This document shows, one piece after another, positions 50,801-58,845 of a stretch of 64,000 nucleotides of DNA. A program made the position numbers and the translations under genes. The stretch's first letter is position 1. Each line of letters starts with the position of its first letter. Origin of the DNA: Bacillota bacterium (GTDB lineage: Bacteria > Bacillota > Clostridia > Lachnospirales > Lachnospiraceae); NCBI GenBank assembly GCA_023460575.1, contig JAEWPQ010000101.1, forward strand, positions 11 to 64,010, written 5' to 3'. The notes below the pieces were generated by a model that worked only from the letters and a program-made list of their open reading frames with translations, had not been told where the DNA came from and did not search any database.

Positions 50801-52007
50801 ATTTATTTAAATTGAGAACAATGGAACCGCTGGAATCCGGGGCATAGTTTAGGGAGTCCGGTGTCAGATTCATTGCACTGCCGCTGGGATCTGAAAAATT
50901 CTTATTATCCGGCTTCTTACTTCCTCCGCCGCCGCTTCCGCTGCCAATTGCATGGACTGCAACAGCGCTCTGTTCATCATGCTCAGGGAAATAAATATGT
51001 ACTCTGCTTCCAACTTCCGGCATACAATAAAAGCTGCTGCTTTCAATTGCATAGGTAAAGTATTTCATCTGAGCCGAGGGTTCATAACGTTTATCTATAT
51101 CAAAATGGACCCTGATCTGGTTTCCGCCCCGTTCCTTTACCGTAGCGGGTATGCTCATGCCGTATATTCTTGGATTCTGCTCTTTTTCTCTCCGAATGCC
51201 TTCTTTCCTGGAAAGAGTATAATGATAAACCAGTTCTCCCTTACCAGTTGAAATATTCATGGCCGTAACAACTGCTGCTATTTTGTTAAAGGAGACCGCT
51301 TCTCCCATACGCAGATATTTACGGGTGCAAATATTCCAGTGCGAAGCTTCCTGGGACAAAATGCCTGATGGTTCCAGTACTTTAGCAAAATGATTCATAT
51401 CTTTTTCCAGTACATAATCTTCTTTTGCCAGTTCTGCTCCAAAGTTCATTTCGGGAACTCCAAAATACACTTTTCCCATTGGAGAAGAGGCATCTGCCAG
51501 CAGGCTGGAACCAAAATGGCTTGCCAGCCTTCTTAAGAATACCCAGTCACTTTCTTCATACTGCAATAGCATTTCAGGTATCTTAGCATCTTTTGTAATT
51601 TCATCTTTGATATCAAACTGTCCATAATCAGCAAGCACCTTTTTTGCCACATCCATGTATGTCATGCCGCCGTCAAGGAAACTTCTGCTCTTATCAGTCC
51701 GCTCCCAGTCCTTTGTATAGGAGTTGGCTTCCAGATACAGATAGGATAAGCCTTTCTCTGTTTTTATATAGACAGTTTCAATCTTGCCCTGAAAGATTAC
51801 CTGACCACCGGAACTTTCCATTTCACGGACAATTACAGGCTGAACCGTTGCCATGTTTACATAATCTTCCGGATTCTCTCCGTCCGTCAAAAGCTTCAGG
51901 GAAAGAAATTCATGATCATTTAATCTGTGTGTCAGTTGAAACAGCTCAACCTGGATTACACCATCAAGAGACAGTTCAATCTCCAGTTCTTTGTATTTCA
52001 ATTTCAT
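44871..52007 (-). CDS. VgrG/phage late control D-like spike fused to Rhs/YD-repeat polymorphic toxin
   Basis: N-terminal QYEESDW.FL.RLA and YCMPE.G..V motifs; hydrophobic TM segment; GEPID..SG/G.GW DUF6531-like region; YD repeats; PVMYYDPSG core end; 129-aa C-terminus with RLDYDP.KG.H. Confidence 0.9.
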   Translation of the reverse strand: MKLKYKELEIELSLDGVIQVELFQLTHRLNDHEFLSLKLLTDGENPEDYVNMATVQPVIVREMESSGGQVIFQGKIETVYIKTEKGLSYLYLEANSYTKDWERTDKSRSFLDGGMTYMDVAKKVLADYGQFDIKDEITKDAKIPEMLLQYEESDWVFLRRLASHFGSSLLADASSPMGKVYFGVPEMNFGAELAKEDYVLEKDMNHFAKVLEPSGILSQEASHWNICTRKYLRMGEAVSFNKIAAVVTAMNISTGKGELVYHYTLSRKEGIRREKEQNPRIYGMSIPATVKERGGNQIRVHFDIDKRYEPSAQMKYFTYAIESSSFYCMPEVGSRVHIYFPEHDEQSAVAVHAIGSGSGGGGSKKPDNKNFSDPSGSAMNLTPDSLNYAPDSSGSIVLNLNKSGFVSLTGKNINIKTQKGLMAGGETPVQKLMISGENKVVLQIGDSGDDIITLEDKVDIKSALVTHKAETHSAASPSAGELEADLTSGDSEAREENNTQLASTLAARKQESKQKVLNGILSIATVVGAVALTVATGGAAGPLLIAVAGAKTAFAVADIAEGLDGYSKVNALDASRPANFIRDTVFQGNEAAYNLASGITDVVFDVVTGKALKNAASAGKLSKILCSKSQVTNTFVQGAGSLFFGMIQEYETTGKVSIKNSAGNFMFGMFKGVAQTKLIGKVQGALKTDSRLVNKLVGAGVGTFSGTVMDVTRDAMLPDRNVDVLRSLQENFVTSGLSQLLGEPIDAVSGAFLIMATDFILPDIRESIKITRRYYSTNKEPGIMGFGWRFPYEGRLYQDGSKRHVVLDTGHHLTFEWAGEMAENISYGCGWFDLVKENDGWSLVDRKEHRTYIYSAQGFLLSVRDQNGQTISFTYRGDILEGITTSLGYHLSLIMKDGHLIQISDNMGRTMQYRYERGLLTDIVHMDQGITHYEYDENGSLTKAVDQTKVTYLENQYDRSGRVVLQTLANGDVYRLEYLDEERSVRAFSSVDNKTVLYKYGRNMEILAVHYEDGTGVFYEYDKQGYRSSITDRSGCRKEWSYDSKGRLAEEKLAGGFAAVYHYNQSDDLEEKTDNTGRKFCYVYDENHNLIEKKEEAEEGIWFTHSYYYDRKGRLLEETDPIGNTTVYHYQENSGKPDVITYPDGEEVRFEYDCMGRLMSEESECSRKEYGYNANNFRTMIKDGEGNEARYLYDGMGRLMAMYPPKAWKERKGEYTYKYDFLDRLTDRISPDGSHSRQILDGEGKVLKEVHPNAYDTSTDDGAGVSFDYDSDGNQIRIHYPDGGCERLFYDAAGNRIKHVMPEDYDAQADDGAGWMYTYGVEGRLETVTGPDGILQAEYSYDISGNLIKKTDAMGRTVTYSYDRRNQLCEVMQPVEEKEGEILYQRTTYLYDANGNKVEEQRHGGYWSVDGQLIEEDGPGLKLSFTYDKRDRLIKVKDGHGADIIYRYDVQGKKIYEEKAVSKDVHQIIRYNYDKAGRLSEIKEQLNSGLIPVKGESKYAITSYNYDENGNRTRIQTPEGYEFIREYDTCDRLIAERTLDKQNGIDRTVSITYDRAGNITRIARQGKAGELWELSYDYDLKNRITDVKDCLGPVFRYEYDKNDRLEKEILPNGDVEHEKEYKNDLSYAYDSYGNILSHTDGAGTILEENKYLPDGNLEVKRTAAGNECMYTYGFHGRITSLETLRSREAGKPSQMYTYDANGRITGVADGNGNRTKYDTDNWGRIRRISNADGGIESYTYDSMGNVTSTTDPNGGVITYRYNSQGKVCEIIDQDGRSEIFRYDREGRQILHIDRNQNQVRTIYNVDGNPVMETGCDRDGKNPITRSWEYDSFGLRKKAIADGFCYTYEYRPDGKLVKKDSCGKTLISCTYDEDGSLKTMTDVTGKRLHYGYDWRGKLTSIKDDEGREIVRYSHRKDGRLETITHLSGIKTLYEYDTDGNISRLATFLSESSPLFDYRYEYDLNGNRTAKEGVCVMLEERGAQKNAVYYRYDSMNRLTDEIYDGDADAAHYVYDRCGNRLEKTSVAGKETYCYNRRNQLIERNASGRNYTYRYDDQGNILEEAGDGEERRYHYNPFGQRTAVVSDKLKLENFYDGEQLRAGKSVNGKVSRFIFYNGEMQAEADEDWNAISRHIPGYGVAASEVVGQVGYHAYHLDERNNTAYITGSQRNVENFYEYDAFGAIRRQSEEIQNRILYTGQQYDQETAQYYLRARFYNPVVGRFLQEDVYRGDGLNLYAYCANNPVMYYDPSGYQQECKNGTDAVDDNTKGSGGNEITYPTEKSHESARNTLMNEVDKSGAFTNGSQPYTGRLESSYGYEQKIGRQSLDGKTRWRLDYDPDKGVHYNFEDFSKGKGSKAVKIAIPIDINYEQYKSIIDLYNR

Positions 52008-52083
52008 ATGTTAATTCCCCCTTTATTATGAAGCAGAGGTATGTCGCTTCATATTGTATCTTTTAAATTTGTCATCTGTTCCA

Positions 52084-52593
52084 TCAACTCCCTGCCTCCG
52101 GCTGCCCGGACTCTATAATCTCAATTTCGCCTCCATAAATGCAATACAGCTTTGCCCCGCCCATCAATGGCCGGTCGCTGTCAGTTTCCACTCCATCCTG
52201 CCCGTAATCCCACTCCTGAGCTATGATGTGGGGTGTACATACGCCTAATACCTGGGGAACGCCTTCTGTCGGTGCAGCCTCTTCCTTTTCTTTTTTCTTT
52301 TTTCCTCCGGTAAAAAATCCCATGACTTTATCAAGGAACGTATCCGGACTTAATTCCTTTACTTTATCCTGAACTTTTTTTGCTTCTTCCTGTGTGCTTG
52401 GATTTTCCATACTGTAGCATCCTCCAAAGCAGATCACATGATATTCTCCTTTACAATCCTTAACTGTCATTTGAGCCTGCTTCTTCAAAAACACTCCGTG
52501 GGTCTCATGAAGAACCACTCTGCTTTGCCTCATTCCCATACTGCACTGAGTACAGGCTCCATGAACCACATATGTATCAGTTAATTCTGCCAT
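52084..52593 (-). CDS. DUF4280 PAAR-like spike tip protein
   Basis: YVV.GA..QC..G, FG.C.S..NP, C.P....W, L.C.YGG.I.I..SGQ. Confidence 0.85.
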   Translation of the reverse strand: MAELTDTYVVHGACTQCSMGMRQSRVVLHETHGVFLKKQAQMTVKDCKGEYHVICFGGCYSMENPSTQEEAKKVQDKVKELSPDTFLDKVMGFFTGGKKKKEKEEAAPTEGVPQVLGVCTPHIIAQEWDYGQDGVETDSDRPLMGGAKLYCIYGGEIEIIESGQPEAGS

Positions 52594-53114
52594 GCTTCCA
52601 CCTCCACTTCCTTAAATACAATACCGATTATATTTCTGCGAAGCAGACTTTCCACTACTTCCAGGCTGACAAGCGGATTTGGGAAACGCTTGTCATTCAG
52701 CAGAAATACCTTATGTTCTCCTATCTTCGCCGGATCCAGAACCAGACGCTTGATACTTCCGTTTGTATAGATTTCCGTTTTCTCCGAGAACATGTCCATT
52801 CGTTCCAGCAGAAGGTGATGGTAAACCATTATGGTTTCCCGCTCCTTGCTGGCAATTGTAACCGTTTTAAAAACCATATCATCTTCATACATATCAAGTA
52901 CTGCCTTAACTTTATCCGAAACTAAGGAAACAGGACTCTGAATAAAATCCGGCGCCGTCTCGCCGCTGTCTTTCGTCAGATACATCATATTTGATTCCTG
53001 TATTTCCCCTGCATCCTCTTTATAAAAAATATGTCTGGGTCCGCAGATGTCAAAATCACGGAACTGTATTACATCTGGCAGCCTCTTATCCTGTTCCATT
53101 GTGAAAAATCTCAT
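52581..53114 (-). CDS. Conserved accessory protein (Imm11/DUF1629-like adaptor)
   Basis: PDFI..P..LVS.K.K, ..LD..KI...VF...LVS pattern; located between pentapeptide and DUF4280 genes. Confidence 0.5.
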   Translation of the reverse strand: MRFFTMEQDKRLPDVIQFRDFDICGPRHIFYKEDAGEIQESNMMYLTKDSGETAPDFIQSPVSLVSDKVKAVLDMYEDDMVFKTVTIASKERETIMVYHHLLLERMDMFSEKTEIYTNGSIKRLVLDPAKIGEHKVFLLNDKRFPNPLVSLEVVESLLRRNIIGIVFKEVEVEAWQN

Positions 53115-54082
53115 TCTATTTCCCTCCTGTCTACAAAAATAACCTGAAGCTGCTGTGGATCCAGATGCAGATATGGAATATCCTTTTCCTGGAAAACAGC
53201 ATTTTCAACATCAGCCCCTGTGAAATCATTTTCTTCCCACGTACAATTGGAAAAATCAGACTGCCGCATCTTTGCATTGCTGAAACTGCATCTTTTGATT
53301 CTGCAGTTTCTGAACTGTACCCCTGTTAAGTCAGCTCCATCAAAACTAAGACCGGTTAAATCACAGTTCTCAAACTGGCTGAACAAAAGAAGCTTATTTC
53401 TGCAATCCGAATCCATTAAATCAGCCTCGTACCAGAACTTATTTATCATGACCTCTTCCTGCTCTTTTGAAAGGCGCAGGCATCTGTCCCAATCCTTCTG
53501 TTCCTTTTTTTCTCTGTCAGCAAAAGCCACAAGCTCGCTTTCATCCCGGTACTCACCCCAATAGATTCCCCATGTAGAGTGCTTTGGAATCTGTGCAAAG
53601 TCCTCATTCTCTTCCATATCCCGAAACATATAATGCAGCTGTAGGGAGAGTATCTGGTTCCACTCCATAACACAGTCCTGAATCATATTTGCCACGTCAT
53701 AGGAGTTGACCTTTCCCATGTATTTCCTTCTGTCAAGATCCAGCTTCTCCTTAAGTTCCTTTACCGGTTCAAATAAATAGTCAATGGAAAATGTAGTTTC
53801 AGCGGCATCCTCATCCATATGCCAGTTTGCGTCCATGGCACGCACCAATACCTGATAATGATCATTCAGCAGATCTGCCCGAAGAAGAGAAAAATAGATA
53901 AACATGATTTTCTCTTTCTCTTTTTTTGCTATCTCTTTCCTGAGAATGGAAAGTACCTGTCTGATCGATTCAGAAAACTCTTCCGCCTTCTCCTCCAAAC
54001 CAACGATAAACTGTTCTTTTTTCTCCTCAAATAAACGGAGTTCCTCATCCTGAAATGCTGACAATGCTTCCTGTCTGGTCAT
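53111..54082 (-). CDS. Pentapeptide-repeat protein
   Basis: C-terminal F.NCDL.G.SF.GADL..F.NC repeats; WGEY motif. Confidence 0.85.
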   Translation of the reverse strand: MTRQEALSAFQDEELRLFEEKKEQFIVGLEEKAEEFSESIRQVLSILRKEIAKKEKEKIMFIYFSLLRADLLNDHYQVLVRAMDANWHMDEDAAETTFSIDYLFEPVKELKEKLDLDRRKYMGKVNSYDVANMIQDCVMEWNQILSLQLHYMFRDMEENEDFAQIPKHSTWGIYWGEYRDESELVAFADREKKEQKDWDRCLRLSKEQEEVMINKFWYEADLMDSDCRNKLLLFSQFENCDLTGLSFDGADLTGVQFRNCRIKRCSFSNAKMRQSDFSNCTWEENDFTGADVENAVFQEKDIPYLHLDPQQLQVIFVDRREIE

Positions 54083-54091
54083 ACAAACCTC

Positions 54092-55501
54092 CTAATTCAC
54101 CTTTACCTCGGTTCCCTGAATATACACATTTCCATCCTCAGGCATCTGGATCATTCCTCCCTTAGAACAGGTGATTACTGCCTGTTCCAGTGCCTGCAGA
54201 CTGACTGCTTCTTCTGCTGTTATATCCAGATTCTCCGCTGCTTCTATGTTAATGGTTCCTTTTGCACTTAATGTGATATCTCCGCCCTTCCCAATCTTTA
54301 CAGCGGAAGCTCCTTTACTGCTGGATAAATAGATCCCATCTGCTCCCAGCTTCATTTCCTGTCCATGTGGATTGCTTAAGTACTTACTGGAAGAATCCCC
54401 CATTCGGTCAGGTACTCCCCCGCTTTTGCCGTCATAGGAACTTACCGCACTTACAGCAATCACATCTTTCGTATATTTAGAAGCGAAATAAACGCGGATT
54501 TTATCACCTTTTTCCGGCATGTAGTACCAACCGCTTCCATCCGGGGATGCGGAAAGGGTGGAAAACGGAAACCAGTATTGATCTCCAGCCCCCGCACTAC
54601 CGTCAATATCCAGATGAACCTTTATCTTGGTGCCTGAGACGGCAAGAACTGTTCCCTCAAGGGCCGTTCCAATAATATGCATGGGATATTTTGTTCTGGC
54701 AAGGATGCCCGTTTTTTTCTGGAGCTCCATACGGCACAGCAGCATTCCTCTTTCTAACTGGAAGGAATATTGCCGTATAACAAATGTCCGTCCTTTATCC
54801 TCAACCTGTTCAAAAAGCTCAGGCAAATGTCCTGTTTCAATCTGCATAATGAGAAAATCGTTGTCATTGACTGCTTTTCCCCGCAAGGTCCAGTCACTGT
54901 ATTCTCCCATTTCCTTAGAAAACCCAATTTTTTCATAACTCCACTTTCCCCATGGAATATCCGGAACACCACCGTACAAGGTAATTGTTTCAGACTGACA
55001 TCTGCATGCGAGAACTGCATTCAACATAGAAAGCATTCGTTTTAAAAACTCCCAGTCTGTCTCCTGATACTGGACTGCGATCTCTCCAATGGGTTTGTCT
55101 TCTATGGAAAGCCTGATATCACTGCCTGGATATTCAGAGAGGACTGTCTGGAAAAGCTGTCCGTAGGTCATGTTACAATCCTGAAAAGATCTGGAACGTC
55201 TTTTCTGATCCATAAGGATACTTCTGCTTCGTGCTTCCGCCGTAATTTTGACCATGTTACCTTCCGAAGAAGTGGTCACTTCAGTCAAGACACCGGAAAA
55301 TACAGGTTTTCCCTTTTCTGCATAGACAGTCACAGAATCATTTTCCGTGAGTCCAAACAACGTCTCTTCTCCTTTTGCCTCCGGCAGATAACCGGAAAGT
55401 CTCATACTCCCATGCTCCCCTGGAATGCAGCTGATGTGAAGTTCTGTCAAATGCTCCACTGGAATTCCTTTTATTAAAATCTGTTCCGCTGTATACGCCA
55501 T
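54092..55501 (-). CDS. VgrG/phage late control D-like protein
   Basis: SRSFQ, VQYQETDWEFLKR, GWYYMPE.GD.I OB-fold, short beta-helix tail. Confidence 0.8.
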   Translation of the reverse strand: MAYTAEQILIKGIPVEHLTELHISCIPGEHGSMRLSGYLPEAKGEETLFGLTENDSVTVYAEKGKPVFSGVLTEVTTSSEGNMVKITAEARSRSILMDQKRRSRSFQDCNMTYGQLFQTVLSEYPGSDIRLSIEDKPIGEIAVQYQETDWEFLKRMLSMLNAVLACRCQSETITLYGGVPDIPWGKWSYEKIGFSKEMGEYSDWTLRGKAVNDNDFLIMQIETGHLPELFEQVEDKGRTFVIRQYSFQLERGMLLCRMELQKKTGILARTKYPMHIIGTALEGTVLAVSGTKIKVHLDIDGSAGAGDQYWFPFSTLSASPDGSGWYYMPEKGDKIRVYFASKYTKDVIAVSAVSSYDGKSGGVPDRMGDSSSKYLSNPHGQEMKLGADGIYLSSSKGASAVKIGKGGDITLSAKGTINIEAAENLDITAEEAVSLQALEQAVITCSKGGMIQMPEDGNVYIQGTEVKVN

Positions 55502-55512
55502 ACAATCACCTC

Positions 55513-56961
55513 CTAATTCTCAAAAATCTCATTGCCGTGAAATGCTACCGTTCCCTTTTTTATCTCAATATCTGCTCCAGCCTGATTCACAATCTTTATG
55601 GAATCCTGAGATTTGATAGTTAAATCCTTTTTGGCAGAAAGATTTAAATTTTCCACTGCTGAAATAGTAAGATCTTTGATTGCATTTAAGACAACTTCTC
55701 CATCTTTTTTCAGGAGAATGCTGCCCTGTCCATCCCCTGCCGCAATCAGGACTCCCTCCGGAGTCATCTGTACCTGGTTGCCCTGCGCGGTTTTAATATT
55801 TCTCTGGTTTGGATTTTCCGAAGAACCGGAGGCACCGCCGGCTTCTGGTTTGCTCCCCTTCACATTTGTCACTACATAGGCCTCTTTCTCATCATCTACC
55901 GGAAAATAAACCCGTACACTCTCACCGTTTTCAGGCATACAGTACCAGCCGCTTCCGTCTGATGAAGCTGCAACAGTGGAAAATGGAAACCAGTACTTCT
56001 CTCCTGTTCCGGCTTCGATCTCCATATTTACCTGAACCTGGTTCCGTTTAATTGCAGCAATTATGCCTTCAATAGAAATTCCTGTAATTCTCTTATTAAA
56101 ATAAGGCAGTATCTTCATGCTTTCCCTCTGCCTCATCCGGTATCTGTTTATTAACAGACCATCCTGCAGGCTTCGTATGGCAGTCTCCACAAACCATGGA
56201 GTTCCCTTATAGGTAATCTGACTCCCGATTGATACGATGTCATAGGACACAAGCTCATAAACAGTGTTTTGAGATCTTGTTAAATCACCAAGTCCGTTTA
56301 CTTTTAAATCATTCAGCCTGATGAAGTCCTGTGACAATTGATAAGGAAGCTCATCCCAATACTGCTTTTCCGGTTTCGGTGATAATCCCGCTTCAAATCG
56401 AATGTTGGGAAACGCAGGGTCAGGATAAAGAGCATCGTTATATTTGGAAAGAAAACGTTTTAAGAACTCCCAGTCTGTCTCTTCGTACTGGACTACCAAT
56501 TGCCCGATAGGGACATCCGGAATATGTACCATGTGGTCGGAGCCCACATAGGATTTCATAATCTCTGATACAAGCTGGGTCACACTCATCTGCGGATTTT
56601 GAAATATCCGTTTCCGCCGCGTTACATCCATCTGATGAGTTCCATCCCATGCCTCAATGGTAATTATTTTTTCTCCCCCATCCCTGGATAAGGCGACCTT
56701 GTCCAGAATTCCGTAAAAAAGGACATGATCTTTTCCATCTTTTTTATAAACCAGGGACACCGAGGTGCTGATTCCATGAAGATCATTATCATCCATTTCA
56801 CTGTCCATAACTGCTTCTGCATATAGATAAGCATGCTCTCCCGGTTTTTCCCTGATATCAATCGTTCGGAAATATGCAAGTCCCTGTACTCCTAAAAAAA
56901 GGTCTTTGTAGGTGACTGCTTCCTGATCACTTCGCATCTCTGCCGTATTACTGTTTCCCAT
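55513..56961 (-). CDS. VgrG/phage late control D-like protein (paralog)
   Basis: VQYEETDWEFLKR, GSGWYCMPE.GE.VRVYFP, beta-helix tail. Confidence 0.8.
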   Translation of the reverse strand: MGNSNTAEMRSDQEAVTYKDLFLGVQGLAYFRTIDIREKPGEHAYLYAEAVMDSEMDDNDLHGISTSVSLVYKKDGKDHVLFYGILDKVALSRDGGEKIITIEAWDGTHQMDVTRRKRIFQNPQMSVTQLVSEIMKSYVGSDHMVHIPDVPIGQLVVQYEETDWEFLKRFLSKYNDALYPDPAFPNIRFEAGLSPKPEKQYWDELPYQLSQDFIRLNDLKVNGLGDLTRSQNTVYELVSYDIVSIGSQITYKGTPWFVETAIRSLQDGLLINRYRMRQRESMKILPYFNKRITGISIEGIIAAIKRNQVQVNMEIEAGTGEKYWFPFSTVAASSDGSGWYCMPENGESVRVYFPVDDEKEAYVVTNVKGSKPEAGGASGSSENPNQRNIKTAQGNQVQMTPEGVLIAAGDGQGSILLKKDGEVVLNAIKDLTISAVENLNLSAKKDLTIKSQDSIKIVNQAGADIEIKKGTVAFHGNEIFEN

Positions 56962-56973
56962 CTCAATCCCCCC

Positions 56974-57594
56974 TTATTTTGCTGAAAACAGATTATTTAA
57001 AGTTATCACCATCGCCTCCAGAAAGACTCCATACGTATCCTCATCCTGTTTTCTGCAGTTATAATTTCCGGTAAACTGCTGCCCAGTTCCCTTCAGCCGG
57101 AATATAATGTTATAAAGCTTATCTTTGCCGGATGGCACATCAAAACAGATATAGTCTACAAAATTCAGTTCCTCTGTCTTCACAATTTTCGCATGCAGCC
57201 GGTTGGCAGCCATTCCGTTTACCAGAAGATTTGCCCATTGCTCCATGGTTACCGGTTTGATGGGTTCCTTAGGCCAGGACAGAATCTGGCTGACCTCATG
57301 GGTATGATTAACATATATGGCACCTTCCGCCTCTTCCTGAGATGCCTCAAAAAAATTTCTGAAGGTAACAACAGGGATCTGGCTGTCAGTAAAGGTTCTG
57401 GTTTCAAACTCAAATAGCTCTCCGCTTTCCAGTCTTAACTCTCCTGTGCGGAGGCCTTCCATTGCTTCCTCTAATGTTAGTTTTTTTACTGGCTCCTTTA
57501 ATGCATTCTCCTTTTGTTCTGCCAGAAGTTTTTCCTCTTTCTCCTGCTGTCTTCTTTCCCGCTCCAGTAATGCAATCTTTTCATCTAATCTCAT
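56974..57594 (-). CDS. Conserved hypothetical, first gene of spike operon (possible DcrB/PsbP-fold chaperone)
   Basis: RBS AAAGGAG; beta-rich C-terminus LYNIIF...GNYNC followed by a helix. Confidence 0.5.
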   Translation of the reverse strand: MRLDEKIALLERERRQQEKEEKLLAEQKENALKEPVKKLTLEEAMEGLRTGELRLESGELFEFETRTFTDSQIPVVTFRNFFEASQEEAEGAIYVNHTHEVSQILSWPKEPIKPVTMEQWANLLVNGMAANRLHAKIVKTEELNFVDYICFDVPSGKDKLYNIIFRLKGTGQQFTGNYNCRKQDEDTYGVFLEAMVITLNNLFSAK

Positions 57595-58062
57595 TGATAA
57601 CTCTCCTTTCTGTTAAATGCAGCATTATATATTTATATTTTTTATTAAATCTAAAATCATAACGATAGACAATCCCTTCTAAGTTTGCCGTTTGTAATAA
57701 AAGTTCTTATTTAATGACAAAAGCTTTCTGTTCTTTAAGATTCATCCCCTTTCTCTTGAAAATCCAATCTTATCAACCACCAGGACGGTTACAAATATCT
57801 TACTTTTTAATTTACTATTTTATTTTTGTATCCATTCCATTTTGTTCAGCATAATATATAATGTGACAGATTTCAACATAAGTGCTAAAATTATACACGT
57901 TAGATTCCAAAATTCGCATATAACCAACTTTATAAGTACATATAATTAGATTACATGCAACAAAAAAACACAACCAACTTAAGGCTGTGCTTTTGTTTTC
58001 TGGTTAATACCATTTTGTTAAATTTTTAAAAACTATTTTCTTCTGACTAAAAAAACAACCCT

Positions 58063-58260
58063 TTAATTCACCTGATCGGGGGGAGAACTGTTTTCACTTT
58101 TATACTTCTCTACATAATTATTTATGTCATTAATTATGATAAGACAGGGAGTGTAATAGCTATATTTCCTATATTTAATTGCCTCATCTTTTATGGTTAA
58201 TACCTCCAAACCGTTAGAATCAATAAAACATGAAATAATATCCGCAAGCATAGGAGCCAT
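58063..58260 (-). pseudogene. Partial paralog of the adjacent immunity-like gene
   Basis: LADIISCFIDSNGLEV versus FADFISCFIDSSGVEV in 58272-58802. Confidence 0.6.
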
Positions 58261-58271
58261 AAGTTATTTCC

Positions 58272-58802
58272 CTAATACCTAATTGTTATATTTTCGAAAA
58301 CCTTATCTTTATTATCTCTATTTTTATTTTTTACTATAATTGTAAAAATACTAGGATTATAATAATTATGTTTTTTTGCCTCATCCTCTGAAATTAATAC
58401 TTCCACACCACTAGAATCAATGAAACATGAAATGAAATCTGCAAACATCTGTAAAATTTCTAAATGATCCATTTCTCTTAATTTTCCTTCATAGACAACA
58501 TTGTTATATACATCGCTTGATGTATATGTTCCTTTTGAGTTTTCATCAATAAACATAATTTCTTTATCAAATACAAAAATTGATGTATGTACTCCATAAA
58601 AATTGATAAATAGGTTCTCATCGTCACCATCAAAAACTATCGTTTCAACTTTTATATCAGAATTTATATCAATTTCTTCGCCTTCTTCGGATAAAACCCT
58701 TATATCAGTTGTTGCACTTTTTTCCACTCTTGATATTAAGTATTGTTTTAATTCTTCATTTTTAAAATTCATACAATAATCTTCATATTTAGTATCCATC
58801 AA
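58272..58802 (-). CDS. Putative orphan immunity protein
   Basis: Acidic, AT-rich ORF just downstream of an IS110-end/linker junction. Confidence 0.55.
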   Translation of the reverse strand: MMDTKYEDYCMNFKNEELKQYLISRVEKSATTDIRVLSEEGEEIDINSDIKVETIVFDGDDENLFINFYGVHTSIFVFDKEIMFIDENSKGTYTSSDVYNNVVYEGKLREMDHLEILQMFADFISCFIDSSGVEVLISEDEAKKHNYYNPSIFTIIVKNKNRDNKDKVFENITIRY

Positions 58803-58845
58803 ATATAGTTCCTTTCTGAAATTGATTTATAGGATATTTTGTCTT

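Noticed and set aside
900..57662. Many short + strand ORFs antisense to long minus-strand genes (e.g. 2157-2705, 10822-11508, 15768-16307)
   Set aside because: Shadow ORFs of well-supported genes, with no motifs or RBS
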